Source of the DNA: Oscillospiraceae bacterium
GTDB taxonomy: Bacteria > Bacillota > Clostridia > Oscillospirales > JAVBQB01
Direction: 5' to 3'
Length of the DNA: 64,000 bases
Assembly (NCBI GenBank): GCA_031549265.1
Contig: JAVBQB010000002.1
Location: 114,210-178,209, forward strand
Position 1 is the stretch's first letter. Each line of letters starts with the position of its first letter. Below, in pieces: positions 1 through 8,188 of the stretch. Below the pieces are notes generated by a model. That model was not told where the DNA came from. It made no database searches and worked only from the letters and a program-made list of their open reading frames with translations. The position numbers and the translations under genes were made by a program.

Positions 1-123
1 CCATTCCTTGATCTGCCGCTTGATCGGGCCCCGGAAAAAGGCCGGAATTTCATTAAGCACGGCCCGCATCATTTCCCGGCTGTTGCCGTGCCAGGTGAGT
101 GTATCGAAGAAATTCTTCTCCAT
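1..123 (-). CDS. Small PCP-reductase-domain-like protein, N-terminal fragment only (gene continues left of the window)
   Basis: Reverse-strand ATG at 121-123. The translation MEKNFFDTLTWHGNSREMMRAVLNEIPAFFRGPIKRQIKEW resembles the W..A..L..IP.F.R..I+..I motif of PCP_red-type small proteins. It is shorter than the ORF-track cutoff inside the window. Confidence 0.35.
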   Translation of the reverse strand, partial: MEKNFFDTLTWHGNSREMMRAVLNEIPAFFRGPIKRQIKEW

Positions 124-384
124 CTAAAAAACCCCGCTTATTAAGTCGTATCGCTATTAGAATATGCGCGGCGTAAGCCAAACTTGCCAACTACATAATA
201 AATCGGGATGCAACTATCCCGCAATAGCCGCTTCGGTAATTTATTTTGTTATTTTGGCGGAATCATCAAAAATTGACCATAGAATCAAAAGTGGACTAAT
301 CAACCATTTGATTTTGAATTGTAAAAGTGTTATTATCGTAGCGATTGACAGTATATTCCAATAGCCGATCTGGGCCGGAAGGCG

Positions 385-1230
385 TTGCGAGGCATGGAAG
401 TACGATTACAGTTTGGAGTCGAGGGGGTAATGCGGTTGTCGGCGACTGACAACGGAGCGAGCTTTAAGACTGTTGGAGTTAATGCGCTGATCGTTGATGA
501 CAATCCGGTTAATCTGAATGTGGCGGCTGGATTTTTCAAATCATTGGGTATAGAGGCCGACCTTGCGTCCTCTGGGATCGAGGCGCTTGAACTTGTGCCA
601 GGCAATTGCTACGACCTTGTTTTTATGGATCAGATGATGCCCGGAATGGACGGAATTGAAACCACGCGAAAGCTCCGCCAAATGGGATTCACAGCGGAAA
701 AGCTGCCCATCATCGCGCTATCGTCAAACAACGACGAGGGCGCGCGCGACATGTTCATCAAGAACGGAATGCAGGACTTTCTGAACAAACCCATTGATAA
801 GTCAAAGCTCTGCTCGATGCTGGCCAAATGGCTGCCGCCGGAGAAGATAGTTGACCCCGGGAGAGAGAAAGAGGAAGCCCTGGACAAGGTTATGCTGCTG
901 AGGCGCGTGGACGGGCTCGACCTGGCGGCCTGCTTGGACGACGCCAATTTTGACGCGGTAAGGTATCTGAAGTCGGTCGATGTGTTTGTCCGTAATATGC
1001 CGCTCATTTTAGGTTCGCTCTCCCGTGTCAATGAGGGGCCGAAACTGGAGGGCTTGTTCAGAAGCATCAGCACGCTGGCCGGCAACATCGGAGCTTTTTC
1101 ACTGTCCGCCGAAGCCGAGGTATTTGAAAGGCTGGCGGCGGAGAGCGACGGCACGGGCAATATCGAGGTCGCGCCCCTTATTGAAAAACTTTCCGCTCTG
1201 CGAGACAGAATTTTTATGGCGGTGGGATAA
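385..1230 (+). CDS. Response-regulator receiver domain fused to an HPt-like domain (HPt His replaced by Arg)
   Basis: REC motifs are present: ALIVDDNPVNLNV, DLVFMDQMMPGMDG, IIALSS, LNKPI. The C-terminal helical region aligns to the HPt signature (FRSISTLAGNIGA versus aHxLKGxaxNlGa). The start is ambiguous: TTG 385, ATG 394, or ATG 430 behind GAGGGGG. Confidence 0.85.
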   Translation: MRGMEVRLQFGVEGVMRLSATDNGASFKTVGVNALIVDDNPVNLNVAAGFFKSLGIEADLASSGIEALELVPGNCYDLVFMDQMMPGMDGIETTRKLRQMGFTAEKLPIIALSSNNDEGARDMFIKNGMQDFLNKPIDKSKLCSMLAKWLPPEKIVDPGREKEEALDKVMLLRRVDGLDLAACLDDANFDAVRYLKSVDVFVRNMPLILGSLSRVNEGPKLEGLFRSISTLAGNIGAFSLSAEAEVFERLAAESDGTGNIEVAPLIEKLSALRDRIFMAVG

Positions 1231-1332
1231 ATACCCGCGCGATGATGCCATATATATCGATACAGAAAAGTCGTCGGAAGTATTCTTTCCGGCGACATTT
1301 TTTAACTTCGATAAATACCGTTGAGCACTCCG

Positions 1333-3735
1333 TCAGTCGATAATTTCGGCAATCATGCTGGCGAGTTTGACGCTCTGGCAGAGATCCGCCTGATCCAGCG
1401 AATCCTTCAGGCCGCAGACCAGGTTTCTGACAGTCGTGTCGTAAGAGGTTAAATCGACGTTGGCAAGCAGGCTGACAGCTCCGGCGGTATCGAAGACTTC
1501 CAGCATGGAAAGCGTTTCGGACATGATCTGGCGCAGACTGGACAGGGCGCACTCAGTTTTTGGCAAGAGATTACAGCTCTGTATTACCGTGGCAAGTTTT
1601 TTCGCGAAGTTTCTGAGATCGAAGACAAGCCCAGGCAAATATGCCGAGCAGCAACTGGCATCATCACTCTTGCAGCTTTGTTCCAGCTGCTCGGCGCGCT
1701 GAGAGAGAGCAAGCGCCCCAATATTTTTCAGCGCGGATTTGAGCCCGTGGACTTCGGTCTGCAGCTTGTCCAGCCTGCCTTCTTTGAGGTACAAAGTAAG
1801 CTTGTTGCAGTCAACCGGGATTTTGTCGGCCATAATCACGAGGCACTTCTCGAAGATATCGGCCATTCCCTCCATTTTGCCGAGCGCGTAATCCACTTGC
1901 AACTCAGAGAGTTCAGAAGCACTCTTGACAAGCTGGCCGGCGGCGGGTTTGCGCGGCTTGCCCGAATCAAACAGAATGTTGACCTTCTCGTCCGGCAGCC
2001 ATTTAACCAGTACGTCGATCAGCTTCGACTTGTCGACCGGCTTAGAGAGAAAACCGCTGAAGCCTTCACTTATGAACATGGCATCAATGCCTTTAATCGC
2101 GTTTGCGGTCAGCGCGATAATGGGAAGCTCGGTGAATCCGCGTCTGCGAAGCTCGCGGGTGGCGGCGACTCCGTCAATCTCGGGCATCATGTGATCCATG
2201 AAAACCAAGTCGTATTTTTTCTGCCGGATCAGCTCAAATGCTTCCTGTGCGCTTTCGGCAAGGTCGGCGTTGATGCCGAACAGCGCGAGGTAGCCCGCCG
2301 AGACGTTGAGATTGATGCGGTTGTCGTCCACGACAAGCACTCTCGCATCAGGCGCGGAAATTGACTCGATCTTAGCGAGGTCGCCGGCCTGGGAGGGTTC
2401 GCCAATCACAAGTGGGAGCTTGACGTGGAACGTAGTGCCCTTCGAATATTCGCTCTCGAACGTGATTTCGCCCTGCATGACGTTGACCAGCTTGCGGGTG
2501 ATGGAAAGTCCCAGCCCTGATCCACTGGAGTCGCGGTTGCTGTCCAGATCGAACTGGGTGAAGTCGGCGAACATATTGTTGTAATCCGACTTTTTTATGC
2601 CGACTCCGGTGTCGATGACATCAAAGCAAATGTGCCGGTCGGTCACGAACACCTTGAACATAATGTAGCCTTTTCGGGTGAACTTGATGGAGTTGCCGAT
2701 CAGGTTGACCAGGATCTGCCGTATCCTGATGTCGTCGCCGAACAGATACCGCGGGACGCTTTGCGAGATGTCTATGACAAAATCCAGCCCCTTTTTGGAG
2801 GCCGACAGCGAAAAAACCGACTGTAAATGTTTGAGCAGCGCAAACAGGTCATAGGTAATGGGAACCAGGGTAAACTTTCCGGACTCTATTTTAGTGAGAT
2901 CCAAAATATCGTTAATAATGGCGAGCAGCGACTGGGCTGAGGAGCGGATGTCGCTCACCTGTTCAATCTGTTTGGATGGCAGGTCGCTTTCGAGCAGCAG
3001 CTCGGACATGCCGATAATCGCGTTCATCGGGGTGCGGATTTCGTGGCTCATCTGGGAGAGGAATTCGGTTTTGGTTCGGTTCGCGGCTTCGGCGTTCAAC
3101 TTTTCCTGGGCAATCAGAGCTTTGGCTTGGTTGGCGCGCTCTGCGGTCTGGATCGCCTCGGAAAGGCGGGATACATCGTGCGCAATAATCAGGACCCCGC
3201 CAAAGCCGCCGTTGCTTTCCAGCAGAGATTTCACACATACTTCGAAATTCTTGCCATTTAACTCCAGGCTGAGGTTGACGCTCTCTCCGGCCTTTATGCT
3301 CGCGACGTAATAGACAGCCGCCAGCAGTTTTTTGCCGAAGTCCTTGGGACAGATTCTGGAAAACAGTACGTCGATTCTTTTGCCGACGAGCAGCGAGAGA
3401 TCCTCAATATTAAAATGCTTCAGCAGGCTGGCCGTTCCCAGCATGAATCTGAGCTTGTTGTCGATAATGACTATGGGGTCGGGGCAGTGCTGCAGCAGCA
3501 GGTTGTTGTACATCTCCTGCTTCAGATTTTCCTGCGTAAGTAAAGACCGAAGGATCTGGTGGGTCTCAATGCGCGCTTCCAGCTTCGCAAGAGTATCCTC
3601 CAGCGAAGTGATTTTTCTTGCTTGGAATGCGTTTTCAGATTCGAGCGATTTCACTTTTTGCGTAAGCTCGTCATAAGTTGGAACAAGCTTGATTCGGTTA
3701 TCATTGAGATTCTGCTCGTTATCTTTTTTGTTCAT
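1333..3735 (-). CDS. Cytoplasmic hybrid sensor histidine kinase (coiled coil/PAS-like, HisKA, HATPase, REC, HPt)
   Basis: H-box [13 protein letters not shown]; N, G1 and G2 boxes [27 protein letters not shown] domain [11 protein letters not shown]...[14 protein letters not shown]...LSKPV. HPt motif [13 protein letters not shown]. No obvious TM segment. ATG 3735 (GGAGTG RBS) is preferred over the track start at 3753. Confidence 0.9.
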   Translation of the reverse strand: MNKKDNEQNLNDNRIKLVPTYDELTQKVKSLESENAFQARKITSLEDTLAKLEARIETHQILRSLLTQENLKQEMYNNLLLQHCPDPIVIIDNKLRFMLGTASLLKHFNIEDLSLLVGKRIDVLFSRICPKDFGKKLLAAVYYVASIKAGESVNLSLELNGKNFEVCVKSLLESNGGFGGVLIIAHDVSRLSEAIQTAERANQAKALIAQEKLNAEAANRTKTEFLSQMSHEIRTPMNAIIGMSELLLESDLPSKQIEQVSDIRSSAQSLLAIINDILDLTKIESGKFTLVPITYDLFALLKHLQSVFSLSASKKGLDFVIDISQSVPRYLFGDDIRIRQILVNLIGNSIKFTRKGYIMFKVFVTDRHICFDVIDTGVGIKKSDYNNMFADFTQFDLDSNRDSSGSGLGLSITRKLVNVMQGEITFESEYSKGTTFHVKLPLVIGEPSQAGDLAKIESISAPDARVLVVDDNRINLNVSAGYLALFGINADLAESAQEAFELIRQKKYDLVFMDHMMPEIDGVAATRELRRRGFTELPIIALTANAIKGIDAMFISEGFSGFLSKPVDKSKLIDVLVKWLPDEKVNILFDSGKPRKPAAGQLVKSASELSELQVDYALGKMEGMADIFEKCLVIMADKIPVDCNKLTLYLKEGRLDKLQTEVHGLKSALKNIGALALSQRAEQLEQSCKSDDASCCSAYLPGLVFDLRNFAKKLATVIQSCNLLPKTECALSSLRQIMSETLSMLEVFDTAGAVSLLANVDLTSYDTTVRNLVCGLKDSLDQADLCQSVKLASMIAEIID

Positions 3736-4200
3736 ATATTCACACTCCGGCATTGATCCAGAAATCCAAAGATTTTGATGGCTGCCAAGGCAAAGCCATA
3801 AACGAGCTGTTCAATCAGCCGCAGACAGCGGAATGTCAAGAAAAACCGGTCGATATACGCAAGACCAATATTACACAAAATGTCGCAGGAATAAAACAGT
3901 TTTCGAGCTGTTTCGGCAAGCAACGCTTCGCCCTAAGGATTTTTTACAACAGAAAATTCCGTTGGATTCTCAGATGATTATATCACTTATTTGACAAAAG
4001 TCAAAAGAAAATGCACAATTCGTTGTAAAAAGTATATAGTTTTTGTTAGTATTGTTCTGTTTAAGATAGCTATTGCTGAAAATATACGAAATAAGTATAT
4101 ATAGTCGCATTTTGTCGCTTGTATTACAATAATAAATTTGAATGAAACAAATGAAAATTAATTACCATATAAAAGTTATAAAAATTAAAAGAATTATACT

Positions 4201-4228
4201 TTGACACAATCGCAATTTCTTATATAAT
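4201..4228 (+). promoter_or_regulatory. Sigma-A type promoter of feoAB (TTGACA-16 nt-TATAAT)
   Basis: TTGACA at 4201-4206 and TATAAT at 4223-4228, in an AT-rich region about 105 nt upstream of feoA. Confidence 0.45.
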
Positions 4229-4242
4229 TAGCACTAGCTAAC
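4227..4242. promoter_or_regulatory. Palindromic operator candidate 1 (aTTAGC-ACTA-GCTAAC) overlapping the -10 box and TSS of the feoAB promoter
   Basis: Inverted repeat read directly from the sequence. A second copy has the same architecture (4299-4314). Confidence 0.35.
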
Positions 4243-4298
4243 ATAATTCACAGTCAGAGTTTCTACACCGTTTAAAAGCGGTTTTTTAGAGAGGGTCA

Positions 4299-4314
4299 GT
4301 TAGCCACAACTAAC
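4299..4314. promoter_or_regulatory. Palindromic operator candidate 2 (GTTAGC-CACA-ACTAAC) just upstream of the feoA RBS
   Basis: Same half-site and 4-nt spacer as 4227-4242. It ends 8 nt before the GGGAG RBS at 4322-4326. Confidence 0.35.
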
Positions 4315-4332
4315 AAAATTTGGGAGTTTAAC

Positions 4333-4695
4333 ATGAAAAATCAAGCAGAAGCATCCATCAGGTCAGACTTGGCGGATACGCATATCAGACAGCACAACGA
4401 ACATATGAAAACACACCACCGTCCGCGCAGAGATCTTGGCGGCATGGCCAGGCTGGACAGTCTGACTCCCGGGCAATCGGGCGAGATCGTTAAAATCGGC
4501 GGTGAGGGCGCACTTCGCCGCAGGCTGCTGGATATGGGCCTGACTCCGGGCACCAAAGTACATATGAAAAAGTACGCGCCGCTCGGCGATCCGATAGAGC
4601 TCAATTTGAGAGGATACGACCTCAGCCTGCTGCGCGCCGATGCCCACAATATCGGAATTATGCCGATTGGCGCAGTATTAGGAAAAGCGCAATGA
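4333..4695 (+). CDS. feoA: Ferrous iron transport protein FeoA with a His-rich N-terminal extension
   Basis: The C-terminal ~80 aa match the FeoA SH3-like domain (GEIVKIGGEGALRRRLLDMGLTPGTKV...IELNLRGYDLSLLRADA). A GGGAG RBS lies 6 nt before the ATG. The stop overlaps the feoB start (ATGA). Confidence 0.85.
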   Translation: MKNQAEASIRSDLADTHIRQHNEHMKTHHRPRRDLGGMARLDSLTPGQSGEIVKIGGEGALRRRLLDMGLTPGTKVHMKKYAPLGDPIELNLRGYDLSLLRADAHNIGIMPIGAVLGKAQ

Positions 4696-6713
4696 TTTTT
4701 GCGCTTGTCGGCAACCAAAACAGCGGAAAAACCACACTCTTTAACAAGCTAACCGGATCAAGCCAGCATGTGGGCAACTGGCCCGGTGTCACCGTTGAGA
4801 AAAAGGAAGGAAAAATCAAACGCCATAAAGACATACGCGTTGTTGACCTTCCGGGCATATATTCGCTCTCGCCGTATTCGACTGAGGAAATCGTATCGCG
4901 CAACTTCGTTTTGGAAAACACGACCGACGCCGTCATCAACATTGTCGACGCGACCAGCCTGGAGCGCAGCCTTTATCTTACGCTGCAGCTTATGGAGCTT
5001 GGAAAACCGATGGTCATCGCGCTTAACATGATGGATGACGTCGACTCCCGCGGAGACCGCATTGACGTTAACAAACTCAGCGACAAGCTCGGGATTCCCA
5101 TTGTGCCAATATCGGCGCGCCGCAACCGGGGTATCGATAAGTTGATCTCGACGGCAATTGATGTGGGTAAGAACAAGAGAGTACCCAAGCTGATAGATAT
5201 TTGCGAAGGCGTCCTGCATGAATCGCTCCATTCCGTCTCGGCGCTGCTCGAAAGCCGGGCGACCGCCTGCGGGTATACTCCGCGGTTTGCCGCCAGCAAG
5301 CTGATTGAGGGCGACGAACCTGTACTTAAAGCCCTGTCGCTAAGCACGCACGAATTGCATATTGTCGACGAAATCCTTGAAGAGATGGAGCACCGCAGCG
5401 GCCAAGAGCGCGATTCGATGCTGGCCGACCAGAGGTTTAAGTTCATTACAAAGCTGGTTTCCGAAACCGTTAACCGGAAAAAACCCGAGGGAGCCGCGAC
5501 GGTATCGGATAAAATTGACCGGATATTGACTAACCGAATTCTGGCTATACCGATTTTCCTCGGCATCATGTACGGCATTTTCTGGCTCACTTTCGGCCCG
5601 CTCGGCACGTTTATCTCCGACAATTTCGCGGCGCTGATCGATATGGGCATTGGCGCTGTCGACGAATGGCTGGTCGGCCTCGGCGTGGCTGAATGGCTAC
5701 ACGGCCTAATTGTCGGCGGTATACTCACAGGTGTCGGCAGCGTTCTTGGATTCCTGCCGCTTATCCTGCTGCTGTTCCTGTTTATTTCAATACTTGAAGA
5801 CACCGGATACATGGCGCGCGCCGCGTTCGTTATGGATCGCCTTCTCCGCAAGATCGGACTCAGCGGGCGTTCCTTTATCCCGATGATAATGGGCTTTGGG
5901 TGCAGTGTTCCCGCTATCATGGCGACGCGGACGCTCGAAAATGAACGCGACCGCAAGATGACCATCCTGGTCACGCCGTTTATGAGCTGTACGGCTCGCG
6001 TGCCGATCTACGGAGTGTTCGTAGCCGCGTTTTTCGCGCAGTATCAGGCTATCACATTGCTTTCGATCTACGTTCTCGGCATCGTTGTTGCCGTCCTGTC
6101 CGCGCTGCTGCTGAGCAAGACGGTATTTAAAGGCCAGAGCGTCCCCTTCCTTATGGAGCTTCCGACCTACCGCCTGCCCTCCTTGAGAAATGTACTCATG
6201 CAGATGTGGGATAAGGGCAAGGGATTTATTCAGCGCGCGTTTACAATTATCTTCGCGGCGACCGTCGTCATCTGGTTCCTTTCGAGCTTTAACTTCTCGA
6301 TGCAGATGGTTGACGATAACTCACAGAGTATGCTGGCGACAATCGGCGGTTTTATCGCTCCGATATTCGCCCCGCTCGGCTTTGGCACATGGGAGTCCGC
6401 GACATCTGTCGTCACCGGCATTCTGGCAAAAGAGAACGTGGTCGGCACAATGGCCATACTCTACAATGTCGGAGAAGAAGGCGTCGAAAACGGTGCTCTC
6501 AGCGGACTGCTCTCCGGAGCGTTCACTCCTCTCGCGGCATACGCGATGATGGCTTTCACGCTCCTGTACGTCCCCTGCGCCGCGGCCTTTGCCGCGATGC
6601 GGCGCGAGCTTGGATCCATGAAGCTGGCGCTCGCCGGTATCGCCTATCAGACAGGCGTTGCGTGGATCGTTGCTTTCCTTATATTCAACATCGGAGGCCT
6701 GTTTGTCAGATAA
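4692..6713 (+). CDS. feoB: Ferrous iron transporter FeoB
   Basis: N-terminal G-domain motifs GNQNSGKTTLFNKLTG, DLPG and NMMD, followed by a long polytopic membrane domain. 673 aa. Confidence 0.95.
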   Translation: MIFALVGNQNSGKTTLFNKLTGSSQHVGNWPGVTVEKKEGKIKRHKDIRVVDLPGIYSLSPYSTEEIVSRNFVLENTTDAVINIVDATSLERSLYLTLQLMELGKPMVIALNMMDDVDSRGDRIDVNKLSDKLGIPIVPISARRNRGIDKLISTAIDVGKNKRVPKLIDICEGVLHESLHSVSALLESRATACGYTPRFAASKLIEGDEPVLKALSLSTHELHIVDEILEEMEHRSGQERDSMLADQRFKFITKLVSETVNRKKPEGAATVSDKIDRILTNRILAIPIFLGIMYGIFWLTFGPLGTFISDNFAALIDMGIGAVDEWLVGLGVAEWLHGLIVGGILTGVGSVLGFLPLILLLFLFISILEDTGYMARAAFVMDRLLRKIGLSGRSFIPMIMGFGCSVPAIMATRTLENERDRKMTILVTPFMSCTARVPIYGVFVAAFFAQYQAITLLSIYVLGIVVAVLSALLLSKTVFKGQSVPFLMELPTYRLPSLRNVLMQMWDKGKGFIQRAFTIIFAATVVIWFLSSFNFSMQMVDDNSQSMLATIGGFIAPIFAPLGFGTWESATSVVTGILAKENVVGTMAILYNVGEEGVENGALSGLLSGAFTPLAAYAMMAFTLLYVPCAAAFAAMRRELGSMKLALAGIAYQTGVAWIVAFLIFNIGGLFVR

Positions 6714-6728
6714 GACTGGAGAAACACT

Positions 6729-6893
6729 ATGGAAACAGTAATTGTTGCCGCATTCGTTCTGATAGCTTTCGGAGCTGCGGTCGTATACATGATCCGCAAG
6801 AGAAAAAAGGGCGGGTCCTGCGGCGGGTGCAATTGCTCCTGCGGAGACAGCGGCAAATGCAGCACAAAACCCGGCGGTCAGAATAAGATTTAA
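6729..6893 (+). CDS. FeoB-associated Cys-rich small membrane protein (54 aa, absent from the ORF track)
   Basis: ATG at 6729, 16 nt after the feoB stop. Translation METVIVAAFVLIAFGAAVVYMIRKRKKGGSCGGCNCSCGDSGKCSTKPGGQNKI has one TM helix, a basic stretch and a Cys-rich tail, typical of the FeoB_associated family. TAA at 6891-6893. Confidence 0.7.
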   Translation: METVIVAAFVLIAFGAAVVYMIRKRKKGGSCGGCNCSCGDSGKCSTKPGGQNKI

Positions 6894-6910
6894 CCTTCAA
6901 ATTAATTTAG

Positions 6911-6948
6911 TTAAGCGGGCCGGACGTTGAGTCGTACGGCCCGCTTAA
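6911..6948 (+). terminator. Hairpin terminator after the feo operon
   Basis: A 12-bp stem, TTAAGCGGGCCG (6911-6922) pairing with CGGCCCGCTTAA (6937-6948). The downstream T-tract is weak. Confidence 0.45.
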
Positions 6949-7264
6949 TGTTATGTAGGGGAAAAAGAAACGAGGCGGCGAAATTCCTCGGTTTAAATCG
7001 ACAGCATGAGCGCCGGGAGGCCAACGCATTTGTCGGAGAGAGCAATACACACAGATGCTGCCAATAAAGTATAAAAGCCTGCGCATACGGCAGTCGGTTC
7101 CGAAAGAGTCACCTTAAATGACAAAAATCGAGATAAAATAATTACATGTTTTGCGAAAAAAACTATTATGACGGAAATATACTGAGACATCTCTTGGAGT
7201 GCGTCTTACAAACAAAGGAAGCCACTTGACGGCGGCAGTAGTACTGATATCTCCGGCGCGGCTG

Positions 7265-7801
7265 TTAACCGGCATCCCGGATGCCACCGGCGTAGACGTT
7301 TTTTACCAGTCTTAGCGTGTACTTAACCGCGATTCCGACCAGAATTCCGGTTATGACGCCTGAAACCAGAAGTATTGGCAAGTACGACACAAAGAGAAAC
7401 GTTCCCATAACGACGCTGACCGCGATTATCTGGCCGAGGTTGTGGAATATTGCGCCGACAACGCTGATGCCGATCGGAGTGACCTTGTCCCGCATCAGCT
7501 TCAACGATATCGCCATGGCGGCGAAGCTGAGCAGCGCGCCGCTCAGGCTGTACATAAAGGAGGGAAACGACCCGGTGAACATCGCGACCATGAACGTCTT
7601 GAGAAGTGTGAGCGCAAAAGCCTCGGGCACGGTGAATAAATAAAGCGCCGAGAGGATGACAACGTTACCCAGTCCCAGCTTGACGCCGGGAATAGCGAAA
7701 TCCAGCGGGATGGAGCGCTCGACTATTCCGATAATCAGCGCGAACGCCAAAAAGATCGAAAGCAGAGCGAGTTTCCGTGTTTTTGTCCTTTTATCCAACA
7801 A
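7265..7801 (-). CDS. Gx transporter family / heptaprenyl-diphosphate-synthase-component-I-like polytopic membrane protein
   Basis: 178-aa hydrophobic protein with about 5 TM segments. It sits in the typical position downstream of a NusG-domain-II protein and ApbE. TTG start, overlapping the upstream gene by 11 nt. Confidence 0.65.
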   Translation of the reverse strand: MLDKRTKTRKLALLSIFLAFALIIGIVERSIPLDFAIPGVKLGLGNVVILSALYLFTVPEAFALTLLKTFMVAMFTGSFPSFMYSLSGALLSFAAMAISLKLMRDKVTPIGISVVGAIFHNLGQIIAVSVVMGTFLFVSYLPILLVSGVITGILVGIAVKYTLRLVKNVYAGGIRDAG

Positions 7802-8183
7802 TTATATCGACCGTCCCGTCATCAGTCTGGCCGGAAACTTCGCCGGTCAGTTTTATCAGCAATGAGTGTGGAAGGCAGGCAATGGCGGAGTTTGTGTTCT
7901 TGAGCTTGGGAGCGTGGACGCAGTCCTGCGAGGGGCAGTCCGCCCAGATAACCTTGACGCCGTCGGGAGACAGGCGCAGAGTATTCTTGCCGCCGCCCGC
8001 CGTGACCGTGATCTCGCGCTCGCCCGACTCGGGCAGCGGTATCGTGTCGTACAGCTCGCCGCCGATCCGGATTTCAGCCGAGAGTCCGGCCGGGCGCCCC
8101 GTTTCGGAGAGAAAGAGCGAAAGCGCGATGCCGCCAGCGATGACCAGCGCTGCCGCGATAATAATGATATCCGCTTTTTTCAT
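7791..8183 (-). CDS. NusG domain II-containing membrane-anchored protein
   Basis: N-terminal anchor MKKADIIIIAAALVIAGGIALSLF, then a beta-rich domain with CPSQDCV...IACLPH, as in NusG_II family proteins. 130 aa. Confidence 0.65.
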   Translation of the reverse strand: MKKADIIIIAAALVIAGGIALSLFLSETGRPAGLSAEIRIGGELYDTIPLPESGEREITVTAGGGKNTLRLSPDGVKVIWADCPSQDCVHAPKLKNTNSAIACLPHSLLIKLTGEVSGQTDDGTVDIIVG

Positions 8184-8188
8184 AAAAA

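Noticed and set aside
4228-4236. TTAGCACT, identical to the left half of the CIRCE (HrcA) operator.
   Set aside because: There is no GAGTGCTAA partner 9 nt downstream. The sequence is better explained as half of the TTAGC-N4-GCTAA palindrome.
6993-7190. 65-aa hydrophobic ORF on the minus strand in the feo/Gx-transporter intergenic region.
   Set aside because: It has no convincing RBS (AAGAG directly abutting the ATG). It lies in a convergent terminator region and contains one copy of the intergenic 18-nt motif. It is probably non-coding.
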